Source: an uncultured delta proteobacterium
GTDB taxonomy: Bacteria; Desulfobacterota; Desulfomonilia; UBA1062
Assembly: GCA_963798485.1 (NCBI GenBank)
Contig: CAWCTR010000004.1
Span: 32,001 to 96,000, forward strand
Reading direction: 5' to 3'
DNA length: 64,000 nt
Positions 45,152-54,254 of this stretch are shown here, piece after piece. Position 1 is the first letter of the stretch. Each line of letters begins with the position of its first letter. The position numbers were made by a program, and so were the translations under genes. The notes below the pieces were generated by a model. It ran no database searches and was not told where the DNA came from. It saw only the letters and a list, made by a program, of their open reading frames with translations.

Positions 45152-47554
45152 ATGGTCAGGAGAATCAATAAGGCCGCGGTTATCGGGTCTGGAATCATGG
45201 GAGGCGGCATCGCTGCGCTCCTAGCCGCTGCAGGCGTGGACATGCTCCTGCTCGACATCGTTCCATTCGACCTGAAGGAAGAAGAGAAGAAGGATAAAAA
45301 GGCCAGAAACCGGATCGTCACCATGGGTCTGGAAGGCGCCATGAAGGCGAAGCCGCCGCTCTTCTACAACAAGGACCATGCAATGCGCATCACTACCGGC
45401 AACCTGGAAGACGATTTCGACAAGCTGGCCGGTTGCGACTGGATTATCGAGGTGGTCGTCGAGAGACTCGACATCAAGCAGCAGTTGTTCGCACGCATCG
45501 ACAAGGTCCGCAAGGCGGATGCCATCGTATCCTCCAACACCTCGGGTATCCCGCTCAAGGCCATGTCCGAGGGTCTCAGCAAGGGCTTCAAGGAGCACTT
45601 CCTGGGCACGCACTTCTTCAACCCGGTCCGGTACATGCACCTGTTGGAGATCATCCCCGGCGAGTCCACCAAGAAAGAGGTTCTGGAATTCGTGGCTGAG
45701 TTCGGCGCGAGCAGGCTTGGAAAAGGAATCGTCTGGGCGAAGGATACACCGAACTTCATCGGAAACCGCATCGGTATTCACGGTATCGGCGCAGCCCTGA
45801 ATACCATGCTTTCAGAGGGGCTCACCATCCCCGAAGCGGACGCCATCTTCGGCGCACCAATGGGCCGTCCCAAGACAGCTATCTTCGCCACCGGCGACCT
45901 GGTTGGTCTGGACACCATGACCCACGTCATGAAGAATACCTACGACCTCTGCCTCGAAGACGAGCAGAGGGAAGTATTCAAGCTTCCCGATTTCCTCCAG
46001 GCAATGCTCGACAAGAAGCTGCTCGGCAACAAGACAAAGGCCGGATTCTATAAGAAGGAAATCATCGATTGGAAGAGGATAAAGAAGGTCATCAACCCAA
46101 AGACCGGCGAGTACGAGACCTACGACAAGGTCAGCTTCCCCTGCATCGATGCGGCAAAAAAGGCCAAGACCCTTCCCGAAAAGCTCAAGGCAGTCCTCTA
46201 CGGTGATGACAAGGGTGCCAAGTTTGCCTGGAAGGTTCAGGCTTCCGCATTCGTTTATGCCGCCAACCGCATCCCTGAGATCTCCAACACGATCGTTGAG
46301 ATCGACAACGCCATGAAGTGGGGTTACAACTTCGAGATGGGTCCCTTTGAGACATGGGATGCCATCGGCGTGAAGGAATCCGTGGCAAAGATGGAAAAGG
46401 AAGGCTTCAAGGTCCCCGAGAACGTCAAGAAGATGCTCAAGAAAGGCGCTGCCTCCTTCTATAAGCTCGAAAAGGGCAAGAAGATGTTTTACGACTTCGC
46501 TGCCGAGGGCTACAAAGAAGTGAAGACGAGCCCCAAGGCCCTGGACCTCAACAACTTCAAGGCCGAGAAGAAGGTGGCCCTCACCTCGGGTTCCTGCTCG
46601 CTCATCGACATCGGTGACGGCGTGTTCTGCCTCGAGTTCCATTCCAAGATGAACGCCATCAACAAGGAGATGGTGGACTTCATGCAGAAGGCCGGCGAGT
46701 ATGTCGGGGTTAACGGCCTCGGCATGGTCATCGGCAACCAGGCAGGCGGCATGCCGGGCGCATTCTCCGCAGGCGGAGACCTGGCATTCATGCTGGGGCT
46801 TGCCAAGGCAGGGAAGTTCGACGAAATCGACTCCTTCATTAAAACCGTTCATGCCGGTATCATGGGTACCCGGTACAGCAAGTACCCCGTGGTTGCAGCA
46901 CCCTACGGGCTCACCCTGGGCGGTGGCTGTGAAATCTGCCTGTCATCCGACAGGATCGTGGCCCATTCCGACCTGTTCATGGGTCTGGTGGAGATCGGCG
47001 CAGGTCTTGTCCCCGGCGGCTGCGGCATGATCAACCTCTGGAGGAAGATCATCACTTCCAAGCCCGAAGATGCCAAGGTTACGGATTACGGCGGATTCTT
47101 CATCAACGCGTTCATGGCAGTGGCACAGGCAAAGGTTTCCAACTCGGCCGAGCAGGCCCGCACCAGGGGATTCATCGGCGCCGCAGACCGCATCGTCATG
47201 AACCGCGACAACCTCATCGGCGAGGCCAAGAAGGAAGTCCTCAAGATGGTGGATGACGGTTATGCACCGCCCATTAAGAAGAACATCCCGGTATTCGGAC
47301 GTGAGGCCCAAGGTATGATCTGGGCCGAGATGAACAACATGAAGGGCGGCGGATACATCACGCCTCACATGGAATTCATCGCCAAGAAGATCTGCGTATG
47401 TATGTCCGGCGGCGATGTCCCCACCGGTACGCTCGTGAGCGAAGAGCACCTCATGACACTCGAGCGCGAGGCCTTTGTTGATCTCTGGAAGACGGAAAAC
47501 ACCCAGAAGATGGCCGAGAACATCATGACCACAGGCAAGCCGTTGTTCCTGTAA
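45152..47554 (+). CDS. 3-hydroxyacyl-CoA dehydrogenase / enoyl-CoA hydratase bifunctional protein (FadN-type domain order)
   Basis: VIGSGIMGGG, SSNTSG, HFFNPVRYM, DTPNFIGNRIG; C-terminal crotonase domain (FSAGGD, LGGGCE, GLVEIGAG). Confidence 0.93.
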   Translation: MVRRINKAAVIGSGIMGGGIAALLAAAGVDMLLLDIVPFDLKEEEKKDKKARNRIVTMGLEGAMKAKPPLFYNKDHAMRITTGNLEDDFDKLAGCDWIIEVVVERLDIKQQLFARIDKVRKADAIVSSNTSGIPLKAMSEGLSKGFKEHFLGTHFFNPVRYMHLLEIIPGESTKKEVLEFVAEFGASRLGKGIVWAKDTPNFIGNRIGIHGIGAALNTMLSEGLTIPEADAIFGAPMGRPKTAIFATGDLVGLDTMTHVMKNTYDLCLEDEQREVFKLPDFLQAMLDKKLLGNKTKAGFYKKEIIDWKRIKKVINPKTGEYETYDKVSFPCIDAAKKAKTLPEKLKAVLYGDDKGAKFAWKVQASAFVYAANRIPEISNTIVEIDNAMKWGYNFEMGPFETWDAIGVKESVAKMEKEGFKVPENVKKMLKKGAASFYKLEKGKKMFYDFAAEGYKEVKTSPKALDLNNFKAEKKVALTSGSCSLIDIGDGVFCLEFHSKMNAINKEMVDFMQKAGEYVGVNGLGMVIGNQAGGMPGAFSAGGDLAFMLGLAKAGKFDEIDSFIKTVHAGIMGTRYSKYPVVAAPYGLTLGGGCEICLSSDRIVAHSDLFMGLVEIGAGLVPGGCGMINLWRKIITSKPEDAKVTDYGGFFINAFMAVAQAKVSNSAEQARTRGFIGAADRIVMNRDNLIGEAKKEVLKMVDDGYAPPIKKNIPVFGREAQGMIWAEMNNMKGGGYITPHMEFIAKKICVCMSGGDVPTGTLVSEEHLMTLEREAFVDLWKTENTQKMAENIMTTGKPLFL

Positions 47555-47588
47555 TCGGAAAACACGAGAAAGAACTAGGAGGAAACCA

Positions 47589-48791
47589 ATGAGAGAAGCA
47601 TATATCGTTCAGGCAGTAAGGACTCCCGGGTGCAGAAGGGGCAGAGGCGCCTTAGCCTTAACTCGCCCTGAAGATCTCTTGAAGGCCGCACTCACCGGGC
47701 TCATGGAGAGGACCAAGGGTGTAGAGAAGAAGGATGTGGAAGATATATTGGTCGGTTGTGCATTCCCCGAGGCAGAGCAGGGGCTCAACATCGGGCGCAT
47801 CATCGCCCAGATGGCAGGGTTCCCGGATGATACCTGCGGCGCTACGGTCAACAGGTTCTGCGCCTCCGGTCTGGAAGCCATTTCACTCCAGGCCATGAGG
47901 ATCATGGGCGGCATGTGTGACGTGGCCATCGGCGCAGGGTTAGAGTCTATGTCCATAGTCCCCATGGGCGGCAACATGCCGCGGCCGCATCCCGAACTGG
48001 CAAAAACATACCCGGATGCCTACATATCAATGGGTATGACCGCAGAGAACGTGGCAACCCGTTACAAGATCACCCGTGAGATGCAGGACAAGTTTGCGTT
48101 CGGCTCACAGGCAAAGGCAGCCGAAGCCCAGAAGAACGGCAAGTTCAAGGAGATCGTGCCGGTAGAGGCAGTAAGGTTCAAGGAAAAGAATGGCATCACC
48201 ATGAAAGAGACCTTCATCCAGGACTTTGATGACGGTGTCAGAGCCACCACTATGGACGGTCTTGCAAAGCTTCGTCCGGCCTTCGCAGCCATGGGTTCGG
48301 TCACGGCCGGCAACTCCTCCCAGACCACCGACGGCGCTGCATGTTCCTTGGTCATGAGCGGCGAGGCGGTCAAGAAGTTTGGTGTGAAGCCCATTGCCAA
48401 GTTCAAGGCATATGTGGTCGCCGGCTGCCGCTCGGATGAAATGGGAGTCGGACCTGCCTATGCGATCCCCAAGCTTTTAAAGGTTGCAGGGCTTAAGGTG
48501 TCCGACATCGGACTGTTCGAGGTGAACGAGGCCTTTGCGTCCCAGGCCATCTACAGCCTCCAGCAGATCGGTCTCTACGATGAGAAGTACTATTCCCACG
48601 AGAGCGATCAGCGGATCGTCAATGTCAACGGCGGCGCCATCGCCCTTGGCCATCCCCTCGGATGCACCGGCGCCAAGCTGTGTTCCCAGCTCATGACCGA
48701 GATGCAGGCACGCGGCAAGAAGTACGGCATCGAGTCCATGTGCATCGGCGGCGGCATGGGTGCTGCGGCACTGTTCGAGCTCTGTGATTAG
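47589..48791 (+). CDS. fadA: Acetyl-CoA C-acyltransferase (3-ketoacyl-CoA thiolase)
   Basis: NRFCASG, NEAFA, GGAIALGHPLG and MCIGGG. Confidence 0.92.
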   Translation: MREAYIVQAVRTPGCRRGRGALALTRPEDLLKAALTGLMERTKGVEKKDVEDILVGCAFPEAEQGLNIGRIIAQMAGFPDDTCGATVNRFCASGLEAISLQAMRIMGGMCDVAIGAGLESMSIVPMGGNMPRPHPELAKTYPDAYISMGMTAENVATRYKITREMQDKFAFGSQAKAAEAQKNGKFKEIVPVEAVRFKEKNGITMKETFIQDFDDGVRATTMDGLAKLRPAFAAMGSVTAGNSSQTTDGAACSLVMSGEAVKKFGVKPIAKFKAYVVAGCRSDEMGVGPAYAIPKLLKVAGLKVSDIGLFEVNEAFASQAIYSLQQIGLYDEKYYSHESDQRIVNVNGGAIALGHPLGCTGAKLCSQLMTEMQARGKKYGIESMCIGGGMGAAALFELCD

Positions 48792-48810
48792 TTTCAGATC
48801 TCTATAAGAT

Positions 48811-48845
48811 AAAAGAGGCTGTCGGAAATGACAGCCTCTTTTTTT
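48811..48845. terminator. Intrinsic terminator, probably bidirectional
   Basis: AAAAGAGGCTGTC-GGAAAT-GACAGCCTCTTTTTTT between convergent genes. Confidence 0.88.
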
Positions 48846-48882
48846 ACCCTTTGAATAGGGCTGCCGGAGGGGAAAAAGGGAT

Positions 48883-49275
48883 TTACTTTTTCTTCAAATG
48901 AGCCGGTTTGATGGATTGTGCCACAAGGAAGCCATCTTTATTGGTGATGTATTGCACCCTCAACAGCTGTCCCTTTTCCAGTTTGTCTATGGATATCGCC
49001 TTCCAGTCCGGTCCGTAAATGGTTGTAGTGGTCCTTACCAGGAAGGTGTAATTTTTTCCATCTTCGCCTGAGACGGTAATTTCAGGTCGGACGCCCTTGG
49101 ATGGCTCTGAAAGGGTGATGGTTTCAACGTTGCCTCTTACCTCCAACGGGGCTACGATTTTCTTAGAAACAGGAGGATGGATTCCCTCTTTTGGTGCGCC
49201 CATGCGTGTATCCTGCCCGAAACACACCGAGGAGAGAATCCCAAGGGCACAGAGTATGATTGCTACCCTTATCAT
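48883..49275 (-). CDS. Secreted small OB-fold-like protein (DUF5666-like)
   Basis: Signal peptide, then EVRGNVETI...TFLVRTTTTIY...LEKGQLLRVQY...AQSI. Confidence 0.65.
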   Translation of the reverse strand: MIRVAIILCALGILSSVCFGQDTRMGAPKEGIHPPVSKKIVAPLEVRGNVETITLSEPSKGVRPEITVSGEDGKNYTFLVRTTTTIYGPDWKAISIDKLEKGQLLRVQYITNKDGFLVAQSIKPAHLKKK

Positions 49276-49315
49276 CCTCCCTATACCTCTTAGTTGTTAA
49301 GCGTTACTATTCAAC

Positions 49316-49669
49316 CTACTTGGTTTCTGCCGGCTTCTCTTCTGCCTTTTTAGCTGCCTTCTTTGCCTTTTCAACCTTCTCGACCTTATCTGCATTCATG
49401 GTTCCGGCGGCCAATGTAACCTTAACCACTTCGCCCTTTTTAAGGGTAGCCATGTCTTCTGCCTTCACGGTGATGGTTTTGCCCTTTACAACGATCGTGT
49501 TCGCTACGGTGTCAATCTTGGAGATCTTGCCAATGACAACATCAGCCTTTGCTACATCAGCCTTTACTGCTGCGGGCGCTGCTGCAGGCTTTGCTGCATC
49601 GGCTGCGAAGACCATCGTAGTGAAGCACACCAGTGCCAATACTGCGATCAAACTGATAACTTTCTTCAT
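49316..49669 (-). CDS. Secreted small OB-fold-like protein (DUF1344/DUF5666-like) with A/K-rich linkers
   Basis: Signal peptide (..VFA/AD), GKISKIDTVANTIVV...LKKGEVVKV; GGAGG RBS. Confidence 0.7.
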   Translation of the reverse strand: MKKVISLIAVLALVCFTTMVFAADAAKPAAAPAAVKADVAKADVVIGKISKIDTVANTIVVKGKTITVKAEDMATLKKGEVVKVTLAAGTMNADKVEKVEKAKKAAKKAEEKPAETK

Positions 49670-49722
49670 AATACATTCCTCCTGGGATTTTTTTATTGAT
49701 GCTGTGCTCTCTACGACAGGGA

Positions 49723-49753
49723 TGATTAAACGATCATTAGAAGAAGATTAAAA
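49723..49753 (-). promoter_or_regulatory. Three 11-bp-spaced direct repeats, putative OmpR-family binding site
   Basis: ATTA cores at 49725, 49736 and 49747 (minus strand TTAAT-N6-CTAAT-N6-TTAAT), upstream of the 49669 gene. Confidence 0.5.
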
Positions 49754-49758
49754 GATTC

Positions 49759-51282
49759 TCATATTGTCTGCTGGAGACAGGGACCATCGGGGTGAAAATC
49801 CGGGGCTACCCCGCCCATGGGAAGCGATATAAGGAAGGTCGTCCCTTGTCTGGGTGTGCTCTCGACCGTTATGGATCCCCCATGGGCCTCAATAATCGAC
49901 AGGGCTATGCTCAGCCCGAGGCCGAATCCTGTAGAACTCCGTGACCGATCCACCTGATAGAACCTATCGAAGATATGCGGGAGATCCCGTTCAGGTATGC
50001 CGATGCCTGTATCGGTAATGGTAATAATTGCATAAGCGTTCTCTCGTATGACCTCAACCGAGATACGCCCTTTTTCCTGGGTATATTTTATGGCATTTTC
50101 GAGGATATTTATGAACGAGCGCATAATTTGATCTTTATCAATGAGTAGAATTATTCCTTCCTGACTTACGAAATCGATCTCGATGCCTTTTTGATGTGCG
50201 AGGATCTCCATGTCGTCAAGGATATCACGCATGATGGCTGATATGTCCGCACTATCCCTTGCGAGGCTCACCGAGCTGCTATCTAATCGTGCCAATGCCA
50301 GAAGATTTTCAAGGAGCTTTCCGATTTTCGCTGTCTCCTCAAGGCTGCTCTGCAGGATCGAACAATACTCCTGTGGAGAGCGTTGTCTCTTCAGCGCTAC
50401 CTCCAGTTCCCCCCGCATGATGGTTAAGGGGGTTCTCAGCTCGTGGGATACATCCTGGATAAACTGTTTCTGAGAAATGAATACTTGTTGTATCTTTTCG
50501 AGCATATCGTTGAAGGTCTCCGCAAGCTCCCTGATCTCGTCCTGGGTTTCAGGGGGTGATATGCGAAGACTTAAATTTTCCGCAGTTATTTGGCGGGCCG
50601 TGGCGATCATGTTTTTGAGAGGTTTTAAGGTTATACTGGCAAGGAATTCCCCTGCAAGCACGCTGGTAAGCACCACTGTTATAGGAAGCAGGAGAAAGAG
50701 GATAAACTTGAGGCCCTTGAGTGTTTCCCAGATGGAATTCAAAGGGCCTCCGACCTGGACAATATATGCCATCTTCCCCTCTTCAAAGACAGGGATCTCT
50801 AGAACGCGCAGATCGAGGGGCTTCTCTTCGCCTTGTGTTACTTGACGGTCTTCATATACAGTCTTATTGGTTGCAAGCCCATGGAGTGAGTTTTTTGATA
50901 TATTCAGGTGAGTCAAGGCGTTCTGCGAGAATGCAATGAGTTCACCATCTGGTTTATAGATCTGGACGATGATATTCATCAGGTCAGGATCGTTCGTGCG
51001 TTCTTCAACCCACCTTCGTGCAATCTTGAGGAAGTTCGCATTATTGATCTTGCTGAATACCGTTCTTCTCGCACCATGCTTGAGGGCATCCATCTTCTCG
51101 GTTTCCCAGTACGTGTTGATCGACCTGGCTATACCCTCTGCCTTGGTGAGCAACAGATCGTCCATTTGGTCTTTCAGCGTAGTGCTTACATTGAAATAGA
51201 GGGCCACAGCGAAAACCGAGAAAGTCACTGCGAGAATAAGCGTGTACCAGAAGAAGAATCTGAGCCTGATGGATTTAAACAT
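49759..51282 (-). CDS. HAMP-domain sensor histidine kinase
   Basis: Two TM segments, HAMP, SHELRTPL, NILENAIKY, DTGIGI and GFGLGL. Confidence 0.93.
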   Translation of the reverse strand: MFKSIRLRFFFWYTLILAVTFSVFAVALYFNVSTTLKDQMDDLLLTKAEGIARSINTYWETEKMDALKHGARRTVFSKINNANFLKIARRWVEERTNDPDLMNIIVQIYKPDGELIAFSQNALTHLNISKNSLHGLATNKTVYEDRQVTQGEEKPLDLRVLEIPVFEEGKMAYIVQVGGPLNSIWETLKGLKFILFLLLPITVVLTSVLAGEFLASITLKPLKNMIATARQITAENLSLRISPPETQDEIRELAETFNDMLEKIQQVFISQKQFIQDVSHELRTPLTIMRGELEVALKRQRSPQEYCSILQSSLEETAKIGKLLENLLALARLDSSSVSLARDSADISAIMRDILDDMEILAHQKGIEIDFVSQEGIILLIDKDQIMRSFINILENAIKYTQEKGRISVEVIRENAYAIITITDTGIGIPERDLPHIFDRFYQVDRSRSSTGFGLGLSIALSIIEAHGGSITVESTPRQGTTFLISLPMGGVAPDFHPDGPCLQQTI

Positions 51283-51283
51283 A

Positions 51284-51952
51284 TCAGCTCTTCAGGACAT
51301 ACCCTCTGCCCCGTACCGTATGGATGAGTTTTGTTTCATGGCCACGATCGATCTTATTTCTCAAGTAACTGATATAGACATCTATCACGTTGGTAAAGGT
51401 GTCGAAGTTGATGTCCCAGACATGCTCGGCAATCATGGTGCGGGTCACAACGCTGCCAGTATTCCTCATAAGGTATTCCAGCAGGGCATATTCTTTGACG
51501 CTTAGTGGGATTTCGCACTCACCCCTGGATACGGTGTGGGTTATTGTATCCAGTACCAGGTCGTCCACCTGAAACCGGGTTTTCTGCTGCAGGGATTTCT
51601 TGCGGAGCAGCGACCTGATCCGTGCCAGAAGCTCTTCAAAGGCAAAGGGTTTTGTGAGATAATCATCCGCACCGGCATCGAGCCCCCTGACCTTGTCCTT
51701 TATTGCGTCCTTGGCGGTGAGCATGAGGATGGGTGTGTGATTATCCTCATACCTCAATTTTGTGCAGAGCGTAAAGCCGTCCATCTTTGGAAGCATAATA
51801 TCGAGCAGGATTACATCATACTCGTTTGTCGTTGCGAGAAAGGAACCCTGGTCTCCATCATGGGCAACATCAACGGCATAACCTTCTTCAGCAAGGCCAT
51901 TGCTGATGAAATCTGCAACCTTCTTTTCATCTTCGATGATAAGGATCCTCAT
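51284..51952 (-). CDS. OmpR/CusR-family response regulator
   Basis: IIEDE, LLDIMLP, GADDYLTKPF and HTVRGRGY. Confidence 0.95.
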   Translation of the reverse strand: MRILIIEDEKKVADFISNGLAEEGYAVDVAHDGDQGSFLATTNEYDVILLDIMLPKMDGFTLCTKLRYEDNHTPILMLTAKDAIKDKVRGLDAGADDYLTKPFAFEELLARIRSLLRKKSLQQKTRFQVDDLVLDTITHTVSRGECEIPLSVKEYALLEYLMRNTGSVVTRTMIAEHVWDINFDTFTNVIDVYISYLRNKIDRGHETKLIHTVRGRGYVLKS

Positions 51953-52026
51953 AATGCCTTGGTTATCTCATTTGATATAGAGAATCAACGAGAATCCCTG
52001 AGAGGACCATGTTCTAAGGAGTGGAT

Positions 52027-52061
52027 AAACAAGGGCTGCCATTATCCGGCAGCCCTTGTTT
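52027..52061 (-). terminator. Intrinsic terminator after the 3-hydroxyacyl-CoA dehydrogenase gene
   Basis: AAACAAGGGCTGCC-ATTATCC-GGCAGCCCTTGTTT, perfect 14-bp stem. Confidence 0.75.
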
Positions 52062-52107
52062 AAATTGATTCAGGATACTATATGTTGGAATTCTTTTTAG
52101 TTGATAG

Positions 52108-53247
52108 CTATACCTTTATCGTTCCTTCTTTCATGGTCTTGGTGGGCCTGAAGGTCTCGATGCCGAACTTATCTGCCAGTTCATTGCACCTTGCCACGAG
52201 CTTGTCATATCCGATGCTCTGGGCCAGGGCAAAGGGCCCGAGTCCTCCTCCTCCGTTGGCAATGGCCAGGTCGATGTCCTTGGGGTCGTTCGTTACGCCT
52301 TCTTCAAGGCACTTGGTGGCCTCGTTCACCTGCAGGGCTACCATGTGGGTGAAGTCGTACTCCGTGGTGGGATTGCTGGTATCAATGGTTGGTCTTCCGG
52401 CTGACCAATCATAAAGACCTTTACCGGTTTTTTTACCCAGGTTCCCGGATGCTACCGCGTCAACAAGGGCCTTTCTCGGGGTGTAGTCCTTGGAAAGGGT
52501 CTCGGAGTAATACTTCTGGGTATGCAGTACGATGTCCAGACCCACATAATCAAACAATTCAAAGGGGGTCATGGGCATGAGGGCCTTGAATGCTGCATCG
52601 AACTGGGCAGGCTTTGGGCTTCCCTTGTCCAGGAGGATCTGAAGAAACAGAGCCGTGGGAGCGTTCACACGGTTGTAAATGAAACCCGGCGAGTCCTTTT
52701 TCACAATGACCGGGACCTTGTTCATCTTCTTGGCTACGTCATAGGTGGTTTTGATGGCATCCTCGGAGGACTGCTTGGCATAGATGACCTCCACGAGCTT
52801 CAACATGACCGCGGGGTTGAAAAAGTGCATGCCCACGACGTTGGCCGGCCTCTTTGTTGCCGAGGCAATCGCGGTGATGCTCATGGACGAGGTGTTGCTG
52901 GCCAGAATGGTCTTGGCCGGGGCAAAGGCATCGAGATCGGCGAAGATCTTCTTCTTGAGGGTCAGGTCCTCGAAGACGGCCTCAATCACCAGGTCAGCAT
53001 CCGCCACTGCCGCCTTGAGGTCAATAGTCGGCAGAAGGCGGGAAAGCATATCCTTGTTCTGGTCCTCGCTTATCTTGCCTTTGCTCGCGAACTTTGCAAG
53101 GCTGTCCTTGATGGTGCTCACGCCTCTGTCAACGAAGCGCTGCTCCACGTCGTGCATGGCAACGGTATAGCCTGCCATGAGTCCGACCTGTGCGATGCCG
53201 TTGCCCATGGCCCCGGCGCCGATGACTGCAATCTTTTTCACATCCAT
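52108..53247 (-). CDS. 3-hydroxyacyl-CoA dehydrogenase
   Basis: VIGAGAMGNG, IEAVFE, ASNTSS and GMHFFNP, with an extended or duplicated C-terminal domain. Start MDVKK at 53247 after AGGAGG. Confidence 0.92.
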   Translation of the reverse strand: MDVKKIAVIGAGAMGNGIAQVGLMAGYTVAMHDVEQRFVDRGVSTIKDSLAKFASKGKISEDQNKDMLSRLLPTIDLKAAVADADLVIEAVFEDLTLKKKIFADLDAFAPAKTILASNTSSMSITAIASATKRPANVVGMHFFNPAVMLKLVEVIYAKQSSEDAIKTTYDVAKKMNKVPVIVKKDSPGFIYNRVNAPTALFLQILLDKGSPKPAQFDAAFKALMPMTPFELFDYVGLDIVLHTQKYYSETLSKDYTPRKALVDAVASGNLGKKTGKGLYDWSAGRPTIDTSNPTTEYDFTHMVALQVNEATKCLEEGVTNDPKDIDLAIANGGGGLGPFALAQSIGYDKLVARCNELADKFGIETFRPTKTMKEGTIKV

Positions 53248-53269
53248 TGTTTCCTCCTGATAAACCTTT

Positions 53270-54040
53270 TCATTCACCCTTGAATTCGGGTTTTCTCTTC
53301 TGCATGAATGCGGTGAAGCCCTCTATGGCGTCCTTGGATGTTGCACAGATCTTGCTCCCGGCCGCCTCGACCTTGAGACCCTCTTCGATCCCCTTGGTTA
53401 TGAACGCGGTGGATGCCTGGATGATGGCGCGTACGGACAGCGGCGCCCTCTCGGAAAGGACAGTGGCAATCTCCATGACCTGAGGCATGAGCTGCTCCGG
53501 GGCGAAAAGTTTTTCCACCAGGCCGATGTCCAGGGCCTCCTTGGCGCTCAGGCGTTTTGCGCCCAGCATGAGGTCAAGGGCCTTGGTCCTTCCCAGGAGC
53601 CGGGTCATCCTCTGGGTCCCGCCCCAGCCCGGCGTGATGCCTAGGTTGATCTCGGGACAGCCCATGAAGGCCTTGGGGTTTTCCGCCATGTACCGGAAGT
53701 GGCAGGCCAGCGCCAGCTCGCACCCGCCGCCCAATGCGTGGCCGTTGATGGCTGCGATGGTGGGTTTCTCGAAGAGGTCGACCTTTGTCCATAAGGCGCG
53801 TCCTACTTCGCCGACATCAGGGTGGCTGATTGCATCAGCCACATCCATGCCGGCGCAGAAACATCGGTCTCCAAAACCGGTGATCACAAGAACCCGAGAC
53901 TCCTTGTCTGCCGCCACCTCGTCAAAGACCTTGTCCAGCTCACCCAGCATGACATAGCTCACCGAATTGGCCGGAGGGCGGTTCAGGGTGAGCACAGCCA
54001 CTTTGCCTTGTTTTTCCAAAATCAAGGTTTCATACCCCAT
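53270..54040 (-). CDS. Enoyl-CoA hydratase/isomerase (crotonase)
   Basis: LNRPPAN, FCAGMD, ALGGGCELA and PEINLGITPGWGGTQR. Confidence 0.93.
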   Translation of the reverse strand: MGYETLILEKQGKVAVLTLNRPPANSVSYVMLGELDKVFDEVAADKESRVLVITGFGDRCFCAGMDVADAISHPDVGEVGRALWTKVDLFEKPTIAAINGHALGGGCELALACHFRYMAENPKAFMGCPEINLGITPGWGGTQRMTRLLGRTKALDLMLGAKRLSAKEALDIGLVEKLFAPEQLMPQVMEIATVLSERAPLSVRAIIQASTAFITKGIEEGLKVEAAGSKICATSKDAIEGFTAFMQKRKPEFKGE

Positions 54041-54122
54041 AAAGAATCCTCCTTATTAAATTAATGAAGACATAAACAGTACAGATGTTTGTAAAAGATA
54101 CTGGAGAGGGTGGCAGTTGTCA

Positions 54123-54155
54123 ATAATTTAGAACGAGCGCTCGGTATTAAATTAT
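54123..54155. promoter_or_regulatory. Palindromic putative TetR-type operator
   Basis: ATAATTTA-GAA-CGAGCGCTCG-GTAT-TAAATTAT upstream of the crotonase operon. Confidence 0.5.
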
Positions 54156-54254
54156 CGTTCGCTGATTCGTTGGTATCCATTTAAAAAGAAATTCGTGGCG
54201 CAGCAGTGGCACAAGAACTGTTCAATAATCAGCTGCTCCACCCCTACAATGGGG

